DNA of 63,491 nt, filler included, from Octopus bimaculoides (taxonomy: Eukaryota): assembly GCF_001194135.2 (NCBI RefSeq). It is 6 parts of 6 records of this genome, joined end to end, with 100 filler letters (N's around TTAATTAATTAA, not from the genome) between each part and the next. Parts side by side here need not be neighbours in the genome. Positions count along the whole stretch, not along the records: positions 1 to 4,597 come from NC_068982.1; positions 4,698 to 16,191 come from NC_068984.1; 4 more parts are not named here. One strand, given 5' to 3'. The notes under the pieces are model-generated. The model saw only the letters and a list, made by a program, of their open reading frames with translations, had not been told where the DNA came from and made no database searches. Made by a program: the position numbers and the translations under genes. How positions within the stretch are numbered: position 1 is the stretch's first letter; every line of letters starts with the position of its first letter. Positions 1 to 10,919 of this stretch are shown here, one piece after another.

Positions 1-40
<40 letters not shown>
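1..40. repeat. (TG)n microsatellite
   Basis: Directly visible. The ORF 2..445 built on it is spurious. Confidence 0.95.
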
Positions 41-41
<1 letters not shown>

Positions 42-449
42 CAAAGAAAGCAAAATATCAGGTGCTGTATGGGTATGCGTATATAAAAACTTATCAAATA
101 ATTAAGATAGATATATGCACGTACTGTCACAGAAGATGGAATCAATGGATGCAAGTCTTGAAAATCCTAGAAACAGTTAACTATAATTTATGTGCTCATA
201 TAGATGCGGACGTATTAAATATCAATAGTCTATATCTACACATACACACACGCATTCACACACACACACTCACACGCACACACACATACGTGTGTGTATA
301 TAAACATGGTACGATTGTTAAATTATCTCCGTTTTATATTTTTAATTCCGTGCATGGACATTGTTTGTTTTTGATTTTCTCGACTATACAGTATTGTAGG
401 GTTAGTTGGGCACCGTCTGTGACAGAAAAAAAAACATCTCCATGACGCA

Positions 450-1025
450 ATTCACTCTGCCAGAAATTTGGAAACGACATGTTGTACTGCTTGGCATTTG
501 TGCCGGAAGCTCCAATACGAATATTTCAGAGTGCTTAGGTGTCAATCAGAGGACAGTGTAGAGGATTCGGAAAGAGTTGGATGAGTCTAATGGTGATTAC
601 GAAGGTACAGAAGATCGGAAAACTCACTCTGAACGTTCTGATAAGAAAAGAACTCCTGAATTTGTTGGTGAGATCCAGGCTATGATTGACAGCGATCTCT
701 CCAAGTCAATCAGGTCCATCGACGGGGACATGGGAGTGTCTGAGTTTCTTATCGGGCAGCTAATGCATGAAGACATTCGGTATTCCTCATACGAGATGCG
801 AAAGGGCCATTTTTTTAAATCCCAAGCCATCAAGGACAAGAGGAAAGACCATGCTACAAAGCTTTTGAACAAACTCAAGCATCTCCTCCAATCGAACATG
901 CTTTGGTTTTTCTTATACGTGAAAAACTTCTGCCGGGTGAACAGAGAGTGATAAAAATCAAACACCCGGGCAACATCATGGTGTTTGGAGTGATCACTAG
1001 TGATGGCGACGTTATGCCTCCTCCG
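450..1025 (+). mobile_element. Degenerate Tc1/mariner-superfamily transposase, maT/DD37D-like (N-terminal HTH to first part of catalytic domain)
   Basis: Frameshifted peptides: ...ISECLGVNQRTV*RIRKELDESNG; KRTPEFVGEIQAMIDSDLSKSIRSI...GVSEFLI (HTH-like); IKHPGNIMVFGVITSDGDVMPP (resembles the KHPxxVMVxGxIxxxG motif of maT-like transposases). Confidence 0.7.
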
Positions 1026-2032
1026 TTGATACTCTCACAGTTTCTGCCAAATTACATTCATAACAAGATGTCCGTCAGTATAAGACAAAAGTAGAAGTGA
1101 TAAATGCCAAGGTGCAACAGTGCAGGATCGAACCCGGTACCAAACGGAATGTTCGACCATTTTCTCAACCATAGAGTTATTAACTCTTAATGGATATTAA
1201 GCGTTTAGAAAAAAAAAACCCGACAAAACCGAACGATCTCAATTTTAGACGTTTCACCGCCAAGATAAACCGTACGCTCTTTCTCTTCCCCGTCATGTTT
1301 TAATTTTAATCGACCACAAAGACGGAAATACGTTCATCTTTATTGATTTGCATTGAAGCTTGAAATTTCATGTGATTCCATGCGGAAATTGTCTTGGTTA
1401 AATCCTCCTTTAATCATTGATAGTTTAGTTTAAGTTCAGTTAAATTATAATTATTTTATTTATATGATTCCTAGTACTAGAGGCGAAATCGTTTTTATCG
1501 GTTAGATCAACGAAAGCAGTGAGGTGGTTAAAGATGTAGATTTATTATGATATTATCACTTCATCTTGGAACATCTTAACAATAAAAATCTACCCATGTT
1601 TTCGTCAACAAAGGAAATGAAATCTATATAAAGATTTTTCTGGCGGAAATTTGCGTGACACACAGACACACACACATACACACACAAGCTGCACACATAC
1701 ACAAACAAGTGTGTGTGTACAGACATATGTAAGTGCATATATATCAATGTAATATATACGCATAAATATATGCATGTATGTATGTATGTATGTATGTATG
1801 TATGTATGTATTTAAAAGTATATGCTTATATACGAGGCACGCATACAAATATATAAATGCCTCTAGAATATAAAAACAAGCGTGCGTAACATTTTCATTT
1901 ATTCGTATATGTTCATAAATATACATACATATCTATAAATATAGATGTATATGCATTTATATTTATGTGTTTATGAATACACATATCATATATATATATA
2001 TATATATATATGCGTGTATGTGTGTGTATAAA

Positions 2033-2068
<36 letters not shown>

Positions 2069-2098
2069 TGTATGTGTGTGTATAAAGACATATATATA

Positions 2099-2134
<36 letters not shown>

Positions 2135-2344
2135 TATACACAGTCATTTCAAAAGTAAATAGATGCTATTATGTTTGAAAGAACGATTTGTAGAAACAAA
2201 ATAATGCCGCTTAAAATATTTATTCGAGTAGCAAGTCTTATGAGGTAAGGTAACGCTAAGGTAAGACTTCCTCCGGTCATAAATGACCATGATATTGCAC
2301 CTAGAAAGTTACCCCCACGAAGCACAAGTCCGAGCAAGTTTGTT

Positions 2345-2600
2345 TATGGAAGACCAGTAGTCGCCCATACATACCAGCCTCCTCTCTCCACACCACTGTT
2401 GCTGTCCAAGGAAAAAGGTAAAGGCCGATACAGTTTGGCACCAGTGACGTCACATCTCATTTCTACAGCTGAATGAACTGGAGCAAAATGAAAGAAAGTG
2501 TCTTGTTCATGAACACAACGTACAACCCGGTCCCAGAATCGAAATCATAAACTCACGATTATAAGCCCACGCTCTAACCACTGAGCCATGCGTCTTCAAG
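2345..2600 (-). mobile_element. tRNA-derived SINE
   Basis: Reverse complement begins tgaagacgcatggctcagtggttagagcgt...gatttcgattc (Pol III A/B-box-like). The body recurs at 32740-32870. Confidence 0.8.
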
Positions 2601-3039
2601 CACATCATATACAGTATGTACATATTAGGTTAAAAAACTCTTTCTGGATAGAAGTCGAAATGTACCCGTCGGACTCGAACTCATATCTGTAAGCATGACA
2701 AGCGTTCCACCATTGGGCCAAAGCAATCATCCGAACTCCTCTATCCATTTTAGAAATCTTATTCTTATCAGCAAAAATTTGTTATAAGAATTTTATAAGC
2801 TTTCGAGAGAACGTGAAATAATTCAATTTTGGAAAATTGGATCTCGAATACATCACATAAAACTATAAATAATAGCCGATAAATATTAAAGGTTGAAAAA
2901 CCACTCTTGGATAGAATAAGTGGAAAGCTGCTCCTGATATTCGAGCTCACATCTTCTGTAGACATGACTGGTATTCTACTATTGGAATTATTTCACTTTC
3001 TCTCGAACGTCTATAAGATTCTTATGGCGTTATCTTAAT

Positions 3040-3850
3040 CTAGTATTTAGTAGACATGCCTTGTGCAGTTTTTAAACGTTCGACCCATTTGGCATCGTAT
3101 AAATGAGTTCAGAAACTGTCTCCTGTCGAATTTCTGCTCAAGCTGCACACAAGATGTCGAACAAATCTGACTTGGGTGTTAATTTCTGTGACGTTTTCCG
3201 TACTACTATGTCCAGTATGCTCCAAAGGTGTTCAATGGGGGTCATATCAGAAAACTGGCTGGGCCAAGGGTCTCTTCTGTTTCATCTCCCCACCTCTGCT
3301 AGTCACGGGTGTATTTGGCTCTGTGACTTGGGGCACCATCCTTCATAAATAAGGTGGCATTTTTTCTTTATTATCTGACCACTGGAGAAAATTGGGAGAA
3401 GTCCTTGTCGAAGGATGAAGATTTATTTTCATGAGTTTATGCTGCCAAAAAACTCCACCAGTTCTGAAAGGCCAGTGCTCCAGATTGCTTTCCACACCTC
3501 ACTGAAAAACCGCCATGATTCGCAGTTGGTTGCAGCGATGTCAACCACACTCATAGTTAGGCAGTCTCCAGCCCCATACACGTTCACCGTCAGAAAATTC
3601 GTACGAGAATATGACAGCTTCCTAAAACGTCATGGATCTCTCTAACATCACGTGTACCCACTCGTTTCTTTGCATATTTACTACCACCACAGTAGCTAAG
3701 TTGATGGAGATACTTCACAGAAGTACTCCGGTTCATTCGGAGTTGTTCTGCAACATCAGCTGCCTTACCACGGAGATTATTTCTAACTATCCTGTGGAAT
3801 GCCAGAAGACACCTGTCAGAGTCAGAGGGCTTAGGTCAACCTAAGTGAGA
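3040..3850 (-). mobile_element. Degenerate Tc1-like transposase
   Basis: Minus-strand translation with stops and shifts: GRPK...RIVRNNLR..AADVAEQL; STGLSELVEFFGSINS; GxCPSHRAK; PIEHLWSILD; ..I.QETVSELIYTMP..; ends GMSTKY* (typical Tc1 C-terminus) at 3040. Confidence 0.8.
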
Positions 3851-4119
3851 TGTTCTTGTTTGCTTTTCTTTGCTGGTGAATTGTACAAACGCTGTCGACT
3901 CTATCAAGAGGAATCCCGAGGCTTCGTGCAATCAGACGCTAGGTCTAACCTCAGATTGACAGACAATACTCTCTCTTTGAAAATCAGACAGCTCTTTTGC
4001 TTTTGGTTTTCTCCACATGGTTTGCTAACAAATAATATTCTGTAGGCTGAAATGAAAGATGACAATACATTAACAAGTCTCACAGTGCCTGCCCAGATAA
4101 AATGGTATAATGAGAGCCG

Positions 4120-4495
4120 TCAGTTTACTGTTGTGACGTTTTCCCAGCTACATGGTTCCGGATTCAGTCCCACTGCGTGGCACCTTGGGTAAGTGTCTTC
4201 TACTATAGCTTCAAGCCGACTAAAGCCTTGTGAGTGGATTTGGTAGACGGAAACATGAAAGAAGACCGTCGTATAAATATATATATGTATTTGTGTGACT
4301 GTGTTTGTCTATCGCTTGACAACCAATGCGAGTGTGTTTAGTCCCCATAACTTAGTTGTTCGGCAAAAGGACCGATAGAATAAGTACTAGGCTTACAAAG
4401 AATAAGTCCTGGGGGTCGATTTCTTCGACTAAAGGCGGTGCCCCAGCATGGCTGCAGTCAAATGACTGAAACAAATAAACGAATAAAATAAATAA
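4120..4495 (+). mobile_element. tRNA-derived SINE with the common tail (...ggtcgatttcttcgactaaaggcggtgccccagcatggctgcagtcaaatgactgaaac)
   Basis: Head and tail recur at 13180-13510, 15200-15460, 15720-16085(-) and 63110-63491(-). Confidence 0.85.
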
Positions 4496-4597
4496 ATAAA
4501 ATAAATACGCATATACATCGATAGGCATAGACATTCATACATACAAACACATATATGAACATACTGACGTATACATATGTACATAAATGCACACCTT

Positions 4598-4697
4598 NNN
4601 NNNNNNNNNNNNNNNNNNNNNNNNNNNNNNNNNNNNNNNNNTTAATTAATTAANNNNNNNNNNNNNNNNNNNNNNNNNNNNNNNNNNNNNNNNNNNN
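4598..4697. other. Assembly join: 44 N + TTAATTAATTAA + 44 N (artificial six-frame stop linker)
   Basis: The same 100-bp construct occurs at 4598, 16192, 32432, 42314 and 61465. Confidence 0.9.
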
Positions 4698-5169
4698 ATT
4701 TATGGGAAGAAAAAACTGAAAAACATCAATACATGCCAGAGTGACAAAGAGACGAGGAAGGTATCAGGTGGTCGTGAGGTGTGCTAAAACTACTAAATCC
4801 CCCTTAAATCACACATTTTTTTTGCCTAATCGATGAATCCCCGTGTGTGGAACAGGAATTCGCAATAATTTTCTGAAAATTACAAAAAAACAAAAAAAAA
4901 AAAATGGCGGTGCCCTAGCATGGCCACAGCTCATGAGCTGAAACTAGATACAACACAATACAAATCTTACGAAGGGTTGTATGGGGGGCTTAAACCAGAA
5001 TCCCGCTTGTTGGTTTTGTAAACAAGAAACCGGTTCACTTGTTTTTCTAATGAAATATATTGCATTCATGTTTATACTAAAAATTTAAGTTTTATTAAAA
5101 TTTCTAATAACAGTTTACATTAAGCACAGTAGGAAGTAATTCTGTCATGTCCTTTTAAACATTTTAAAG

Positions 5170-5565
5170 GTAATTCATGCAGGTAATCTTGAAGCTAAAA
5201 CACTGGGAAAGCAGCCAAACAACGTCAGTAACATCATCTGGTATTTAGGTAAATTGAGGTATCAACGATGACAAAAATTTGGTTGTCAGCAGCCCTTCGA
5301 AAGTCTCAGGTTGCAAAAAAGGATTCTCCAGCAAATTACTGTATTTCAAAATATTACTCCTTTCGGCTACGGGCGCAATAATCCCCTTCTGTATTTAGGT
5401 TATGTGCTGGAGCAAAAGAATCGATTAACATTTCTTATAAGGCATCAACTTCTAGCCCAAGAGTAAAGAAAAGCCTATCAGATTTCTTCTTATCATCGAT
5501 GGACAATCCAGCTGGCTCCAGAATTAAGGGGATATTTATTTTGGCTAGGGCTAATTTTATGTTAA
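5170..5565 (-). mobile_element. Old CRE-like non-LTR retrotransposon 3' end (REL endonuclease)
   Basis: Minus strand: IKLALAKINIPLILEPAGLSIDDKKKSD...IDSFAPAHNLNT...WLLSQCFSFKITCMN. This matches the consensus IxRALxxxxVPxxLEPxGLxRxDGKRPD...D(T/S)xAPSH...FLxQRxSxAIQRGN. Confidence 0.6.
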
Positions 5566-6349
5566 GACGTCTGAATCAATAACAGTAAATGTCTGGTACT
5601 TAATTTATCGTGTTTGACGAGATGAGAGGTAGAATCATCCACTATGAGGTTTCTTTATTCACCTATTTATCAATGTTCATAATGATTTCGAAAAAGTCTC
5701 GCCCCAAACTAAAAACAAATTAAATGCTCACCACCCACCTCCAAAAACAAACAAACAAAAAAATCAATATTGATAATGTTTTCGTGTGGTTAAACAAATT
5801 TAAAGCTGTTTATTTTTATTGACTAGAATAAATCAAGTGTTTGCTTTAGTTCATTACTCTGAAAGAAAATGAAATACAATTGTGCATAACTATGAAATAT
5901 CCAACTAAACGTACAGGAAGGACCGACGGTGGGTAAGGTGAATATACGGAGTCACGCTCTACTTGAAAACCAAATGGTGAAGTCGATGTTAATATAACTT
6001 AACGCGCGGCCAAAAATGTTAACTATGATTGGATCTTTCTGATTTGGGATCCCTATNNNNNNNNNNGGATCCCTATGATCCTCGCCACCAATGAACCCCA
6101 TATATAAATCCTATATCTATGTCGTCTTTGGTCAGGCAGTACTGGGGACGACTTTATTTTCAATGTGCCGCTGATGTTAAGATCAGACACATTCCAGTAC
6201 ATTGCTCAGAACAAATTTAATTAAAATTTCGGGGTTGTCTCCCTTCCCTTTCTGAACTTAATGTACTCATTAAGCTAACGATTGTCTTCTCACTGCTGTT
6301 GTAATTTTAACTAGTTAAAATATATTGATTCACTGATGAAATAAACACC

Positions 6350-7090
6350 GAGGATGCTTTGCGCCGCGCAATAACTGTAGGAGTTACTCAGAGATTTTGT
6401 AAGCTCTTTTTCTCATCGGCGTTCTCGGTCCCCGGACCATATCCCTGCTCACCGCTATCAGAGCGGAGATGGCTATCCGCAAGTGTGAGCACTGTGAATC
6501 CGAATGACTATTCCAGTATATCTCGCTCGCCATCCTTTGGAGGAACGTCTTTTCCATTTTGTCTGCTGGAACCCATGAGGCGGTCTGAATTACAAGAAAT
6601 TGTACGTTTCACTCCTTAATGCCAAGTCACTCCATTTCTCAGATGGGCTGTAATTATCTCGATTTTGCGGAGGAAATCAGAAGTGTAGGGTCCAAGAACA
6701 CCTGATGTCTCGAGACGGTGATCGGCACAAACTGATGGCGACTGGCCAGGCCCCTGTATTTGTTTATCTTCCNNNNNNNNNNNNNNNNNNNNNNNNNNNN
6801 NNNNNNNNNNNNNNNNNNNNNNNNNNNNNNNNNNNNNNNNNNNNNNNNNNNNNNNNNNNNNNNNNNNNNNNNNNNNNNNNNNNNNNNNNNNNNNNNNNNN
6901 NNNNNNNNNNNNNNNNNNNNNNNNNNNNNNNNNNNNNNNNNNNNNNNGTGAATCCGAATGACTATTCCAGTATATCTCGCTCGCCATCCTTTGGAGGAAA
7001 GTCTTTTCCATTTTGTCTGCTGGAACCCATGAGGCGGTTTGAATTACAAGAAATTGTACGTTTCACTCCTTAATGCCAAGTCACTCCATA
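6350..7090 (-). mobile_element. Composite of CRE-like REL fragments with a 454-bp-period duplication across a gap
   Basis: 6640-6772 nearly matches 8118-8255 (KINKYRGLASRHQFVPITV/ETSGVLGP...). 6494-6636 recurs at 6948-7090 with 2 visible mismatches. The duplicated part weakly resembles a second REL (MGSSRQNGK...FTVLTLADSHL). Confidence 0.6.
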
Positions 7091-8023
7091 TAAATTTGTT
7101 CTTGATTATCCCGGTAAAACAGGGGAGTAATAGGGAGACTAGATTTTAAATATGTGAACCAACACTTCAGTAAAAAATAATTCCGACGGCAGAATTTCAG
7201 AATACGTACGTGCAGGCGCGAACGCACGCACACACACGCGCATGCACACACACACACACACCTAGAAGCAAAAATAGAAGTTATAGGTTTTATTATATCA
7301 TTGTTCTAGTTTGCAGAATCGAAATCTCCTAAGTCTTGCAAACATAATTCAGAAAAATATCGAAAATTTTATAAAAACTAGAAAAGTCATTGCTTGTTAT
7401 GAACTCCGACATAGAGGAGAGGACAGGCGAAATTTTAAAACCTGAAATTTAAAAAAAATTACTTTTGCAAAATCGTAATTGTCAAGTTTAAAACAGATTT
7501 CAGGAAAAAATGTATGTTACAAAGTATTATAAAACTTCAGTGAAGTTCGTGGAGTAAGTGCTTATTCTGAAATTCCACGAGTCCGATTTTTAAAAAGAAA
7601 TAGTGAAACCTGAGTAAAAACAAGATATATAAAACATTTCAAAAGATTTTTGCTCTGATTGTGTCAACAGAATCAAACGCATGTAAAACATAAATAAATA
7701 TGACTATTAAAGGATAACAAAAAGCTTTTCCTTAGACAAACTGCGACCAAATCTCCAGTTTTTAAAAATTTATTTAAAGACATTTTATTAACAACGTATC
7801 TTTACTGGAAGAAAAGAAAAAAATTAAAAGTATAAAAGATCAAATTATTGAGAAATAAAAAAAATAACTACCTCACCAAAGACACAAAGAATNNNNNNNN
7901 NNNNNNNNNNNNNNNNNNNNNNNNNNNNNNNNNNNNNNNNNNNNNNNNNNNNNNNNNNNNNNNNNNNNNNNNNNNNTGGGAAGAGTGAGTAACGGGTAGT
8001 ACACTCCAGAACCAATGGCATTT

Positions 8024-8445
8024 TTAGTCGCGCCTCGTGGACATGATTGCAACGGCGTTGCTGCTGAGAATGGTCAGCAACACTCGCTGCAAGTGCCACC
8101 CTACCTCGTGGGGCTCATTTCTCAGATGGGCTGCAATTATCTCGATTTTGCGGAGGAAATCAGAAGTGTAGGGTCCAAGAACACCTGATGTCTCGAGACA
8201 GTGATCGGCACAAACTGATGGCGACTGGCCAGGCCCCTGTATTTGTTTATCATCTTCTCTGCGTTATGAGTAGCGATACTCGGGTTTGCGGTTGACGCAG
8301 CAAAGTTGGAGCCAGAGAACGTTGAGTTCCAGATTAAAGATCTTCCTCCTGCGTATGGGAAAAGGGTTATTTCGTCGGGGCGCTTGCCATCCCAGAGGCC
8401 CAGACCTATTGGCTCCAGTTGTGATGGGACAATTGCGCAAGGGGA
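8024..8445 (-). mobile_element. CRE-like non-LTR retrotransposon 3' end (REL endonuclease domain)
   Basis: AIVPSQLEPIGLGLWDGKRPDEITLFPYAGGRSLIWNSTF...AEKMINKYRGLASRHQFVPITV/ETSGVLGP...EPHEVGWHLQRVLLTILSSNAVAIM...*. The DGKRPD motif is at 8374-8391. Confidence 0.8.
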
Positions 8446-8449
8446 ATAA

Positions 8450-8720
8450 TTCCGTCACTAAAGAATATTACAGCCGAATAAAGAAATTTTGGACCTCAGA
8501 ACTCTCTGCATTCAATAAAATAGTAGCCCACAATGTGTTTGCAGTGCCAGTACTCATACCAACGTTTTGGGCTGCTTGATTGGACGCTTGATGGAAAATA
8601 CTAACAAGCACACATAATTTCCACACAAACAGTGACGTAGACCGCCTTTACCTAAAGCGAAAACAAAGCAGCAGAGGCTTAACATCGATCCAAAATGCCT
8701 TTGGATGTTGCATCCTACTC
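8450..8720 (+). mobile_element. R4/Dong-like retrotransposon fragment (RT thumb region)
   Basis: VTKEYYSRIKKFWTSELSAFNKIVAHNVFAVPVLIPTF/GLLDWT...NFHTNSDVDRLYLKRKQSSRGL. The DRLYxxRxxGGRGL-type motif is typical of the R4 clade. Confidence 0.75.
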
Positions 8721-8859
8721 AGCTATGTCAGTTTTAAGCATAGACAGAAGCGGAATCACACTATTTTAGACTCTGGTTCTATCACGAACTTACACCATCC
8801 AATGGACGTGTGTGTGTGTGTGTGGGGGGGTATATTAATATATATAGCGGTATTTCTTC

Positions 8860-9090
8860 TGCTGTGTCGTTAACTAGTTCTCTTTGCAACATTGTGGTTT
8901 CAGGTTCAGTCCTACTGTGCGGCAACTTAGGCAATTGTCTTCTATGGTTGACGGAAACTGTATGGAAGCCCGTCGTTTGTACTTATGTGTGTGTTATGTT
9001 TCCGTAACATAGCAGTTCAGCAAAAAACTCTCCGATAGAATAAGGTCCAGACTTTAATATATATAGCTATTGGGGATCGATTTGTTCGAC
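8860..9090 (+). mobile_element. SINE, internally deleted, running into a gap
   Basis: Head ggtttcaggttcagtcctactgtgcggcaacttaggcaattgtcttct and tail ...gatagaataagg...ggggatcgatttgttcgac. Confidence 0.7.
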
Positions 9091-10739
9091 NNNNNNNNNN
9101 NNNNNNNNNNNNNNNNNNNNNNNNNNNNNNNNNNNNNNNNNNNNNNNNNNNNNNNNNNNNNNNNNNNNNNNNNNNNNNNNNNNNNNNNNNNNNNNNNNNN
9201 NNNNNNNNNNNNNNNNNNNNNNNNNNNNNNNNNNNNNNNNNNNNNNNNNNNNNNNNNNNNNNNNNNNNNNNNNNNNNNNNNNNNNNNNNNNNNNNNNNNN
9301 NNNNNNNNNNNNNNNNNNNNNNNNNNNNNNNNNNNNNNNNNNNNNNNNNNNNNNNNNNNNNNNNNNNNNNNNNNNNNNNNNNNNNNNNNNNNNNNNNNNN
9401 NNNNNNNNNNNNNNNNNNNNNNNNNNNNNNNNNNNNNNNNNNNNNNNNNNNNNNNNNNNNNNNNNNNNNNNNNNNNNNNNNNNNNNNNNNNNNNNNNNNN
9501 NNNNNNNNNNNNNNNNNNNNNNNNNNNNNNNNNNNNNNNNNNNNNNNNNNNNNNNNNNNNNNNNNNNNNNNNNNNNNNNNNNNNNNNNNNNNNNNNNNNN
9601 NNNNNNNNNNNNNNNNNNNNNNNNNNNNNNNNNNNNNNNNNNNNNNNNNNNNNNNNNNNNNNNNNNNNNNNNNNNNNNNNNNNNNNNNNNNNNNNNNNNN
9701 NNNNNNNNNNNNNNNNNNNNNNNNNNNNNNNNNNNNNNNNNNNNNNNNNNNNNNNNNNNNNNNNNNNNNNNNNNNNNNNNNNNNNNNNNNNNNNNNNNNN
9801 NNNNNNNNNNNNNNNGCAAAGACAAAGAAAAAAAAAAGTTCGTGCTTAATTTAAGGCTTATTTAGCTGTTATTTTTAGCACGTCTCATGATCACCTCATA
9901 CTGCATGTGCTTTAAGCATTTAATAAATGACAAAAAGAACATGTGGTAAGCAGCTTGGCTTGTTACTATGGAAACAGGCACCTATATGTCTGTGGCGTTT
10001 GATTGGCTAAAATTACAAAAAATTTGCAAACTTTAAAAGCTATTAACTTTTTATTTATTGATTTATGGCGAAAATGAAGTTCATGTCAATGATTATTTTA
10101 CAAGATTACACTGATAGCGTAAAAGTTCTAGACCGCTAACTTATACACACACACATCTCTCTCTCTCTCTCTATATATATATATACATACATACAGGCAT
10201 GTTTGTATGCATACACACACATGCATATACACATATGTAGCAACACAGATGAAAGAAAATAGCACTCAACACTTGGTTGGAGTTGTCCGTAGGCGCACAT
10301 AAACACCAACCTCAGGAGTACGGAACCAGAGCAAATAATATTTTAAGAGAATATCTAAGCTTGCATGGGTTAATTCATGTCACATGGATATTTTGATAAA
10401 ACAGCGACAACTGTTGGCTGTATATGTGTTCCACGTGGTAGAGGAGACAGTCTATTGGCGTCATGTAGTCTGTGATCTGTAGGATTTGGATGTTCGACCA
10501 TGTCAGTAAGTGATGTACTACAAAATGTGGGGTAACCAGTTTGTTGGCGTCAGATTGCATGGTTACATGTCAGTTTGTGTGTCAAACATAGCCGCGTGGT
10601 ATAATGTTAGTCGGATTGTGACAAAATGCTGACGAGATATTATTTCGTTATGAGCAAACATAGATTGTATATCTGACAATTATTCAGTTGTGTATGGCCC
10701 TGCTAGGGCTAGGGTTGTATTTCCGAATTATCAATGATC

Positions 10740-10915
10740 AGGTCGTATCTTTGGTGACAACAATAGAATAAGTCGGTTTTCTTGTTGGTGGATAGATACA
10801 CTGGTAAGCGGTTGCAATATTTATTTAAAATATTCACTGAGGCAGACTTGGCAGTTATGAATCCCAGGTGAGCAAAGTGAGGCTCTGTCAAGAATCCTCC
10901 ACGTGGTGTTGACAA
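10740..10915 (-). mobile_element. Penelope-like element, C-terminal end of GIY-YIG domain
   Basis: TWRILDRASLCSPGIHNCQVCLSE...NKKTDLFYCCHQRY, resembling the W.I+..A..Y..G...C.LCL.E...LNKRxE+...C.H C-terminus. Abuts the RTE at ~10920. Confidence 0.5.
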
Positions 10916-10919
10916 AGTA

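Noticed and set aside
2-445. 147-aa ORF at the window start and the many YI/HT/CV/N/T-rich ORFs elsewhere
   Set aside because: They are translations of microsatellites or run through N gaps; there is no protein signal.
4642-4653. Repeated palindrome TTAATTAATTAA as a possible biological repeat or CRISPR-like spacer boundary
   Set aside because: It always sits centred in exactly 100 bp of N, so it is an artificial stop linker.
8286-8579. 97-aa plus-strand ORF as a novel gene
   Set aside because: It is a chimera of antisense CRE sequence and an R4 RT-thumb fragment.
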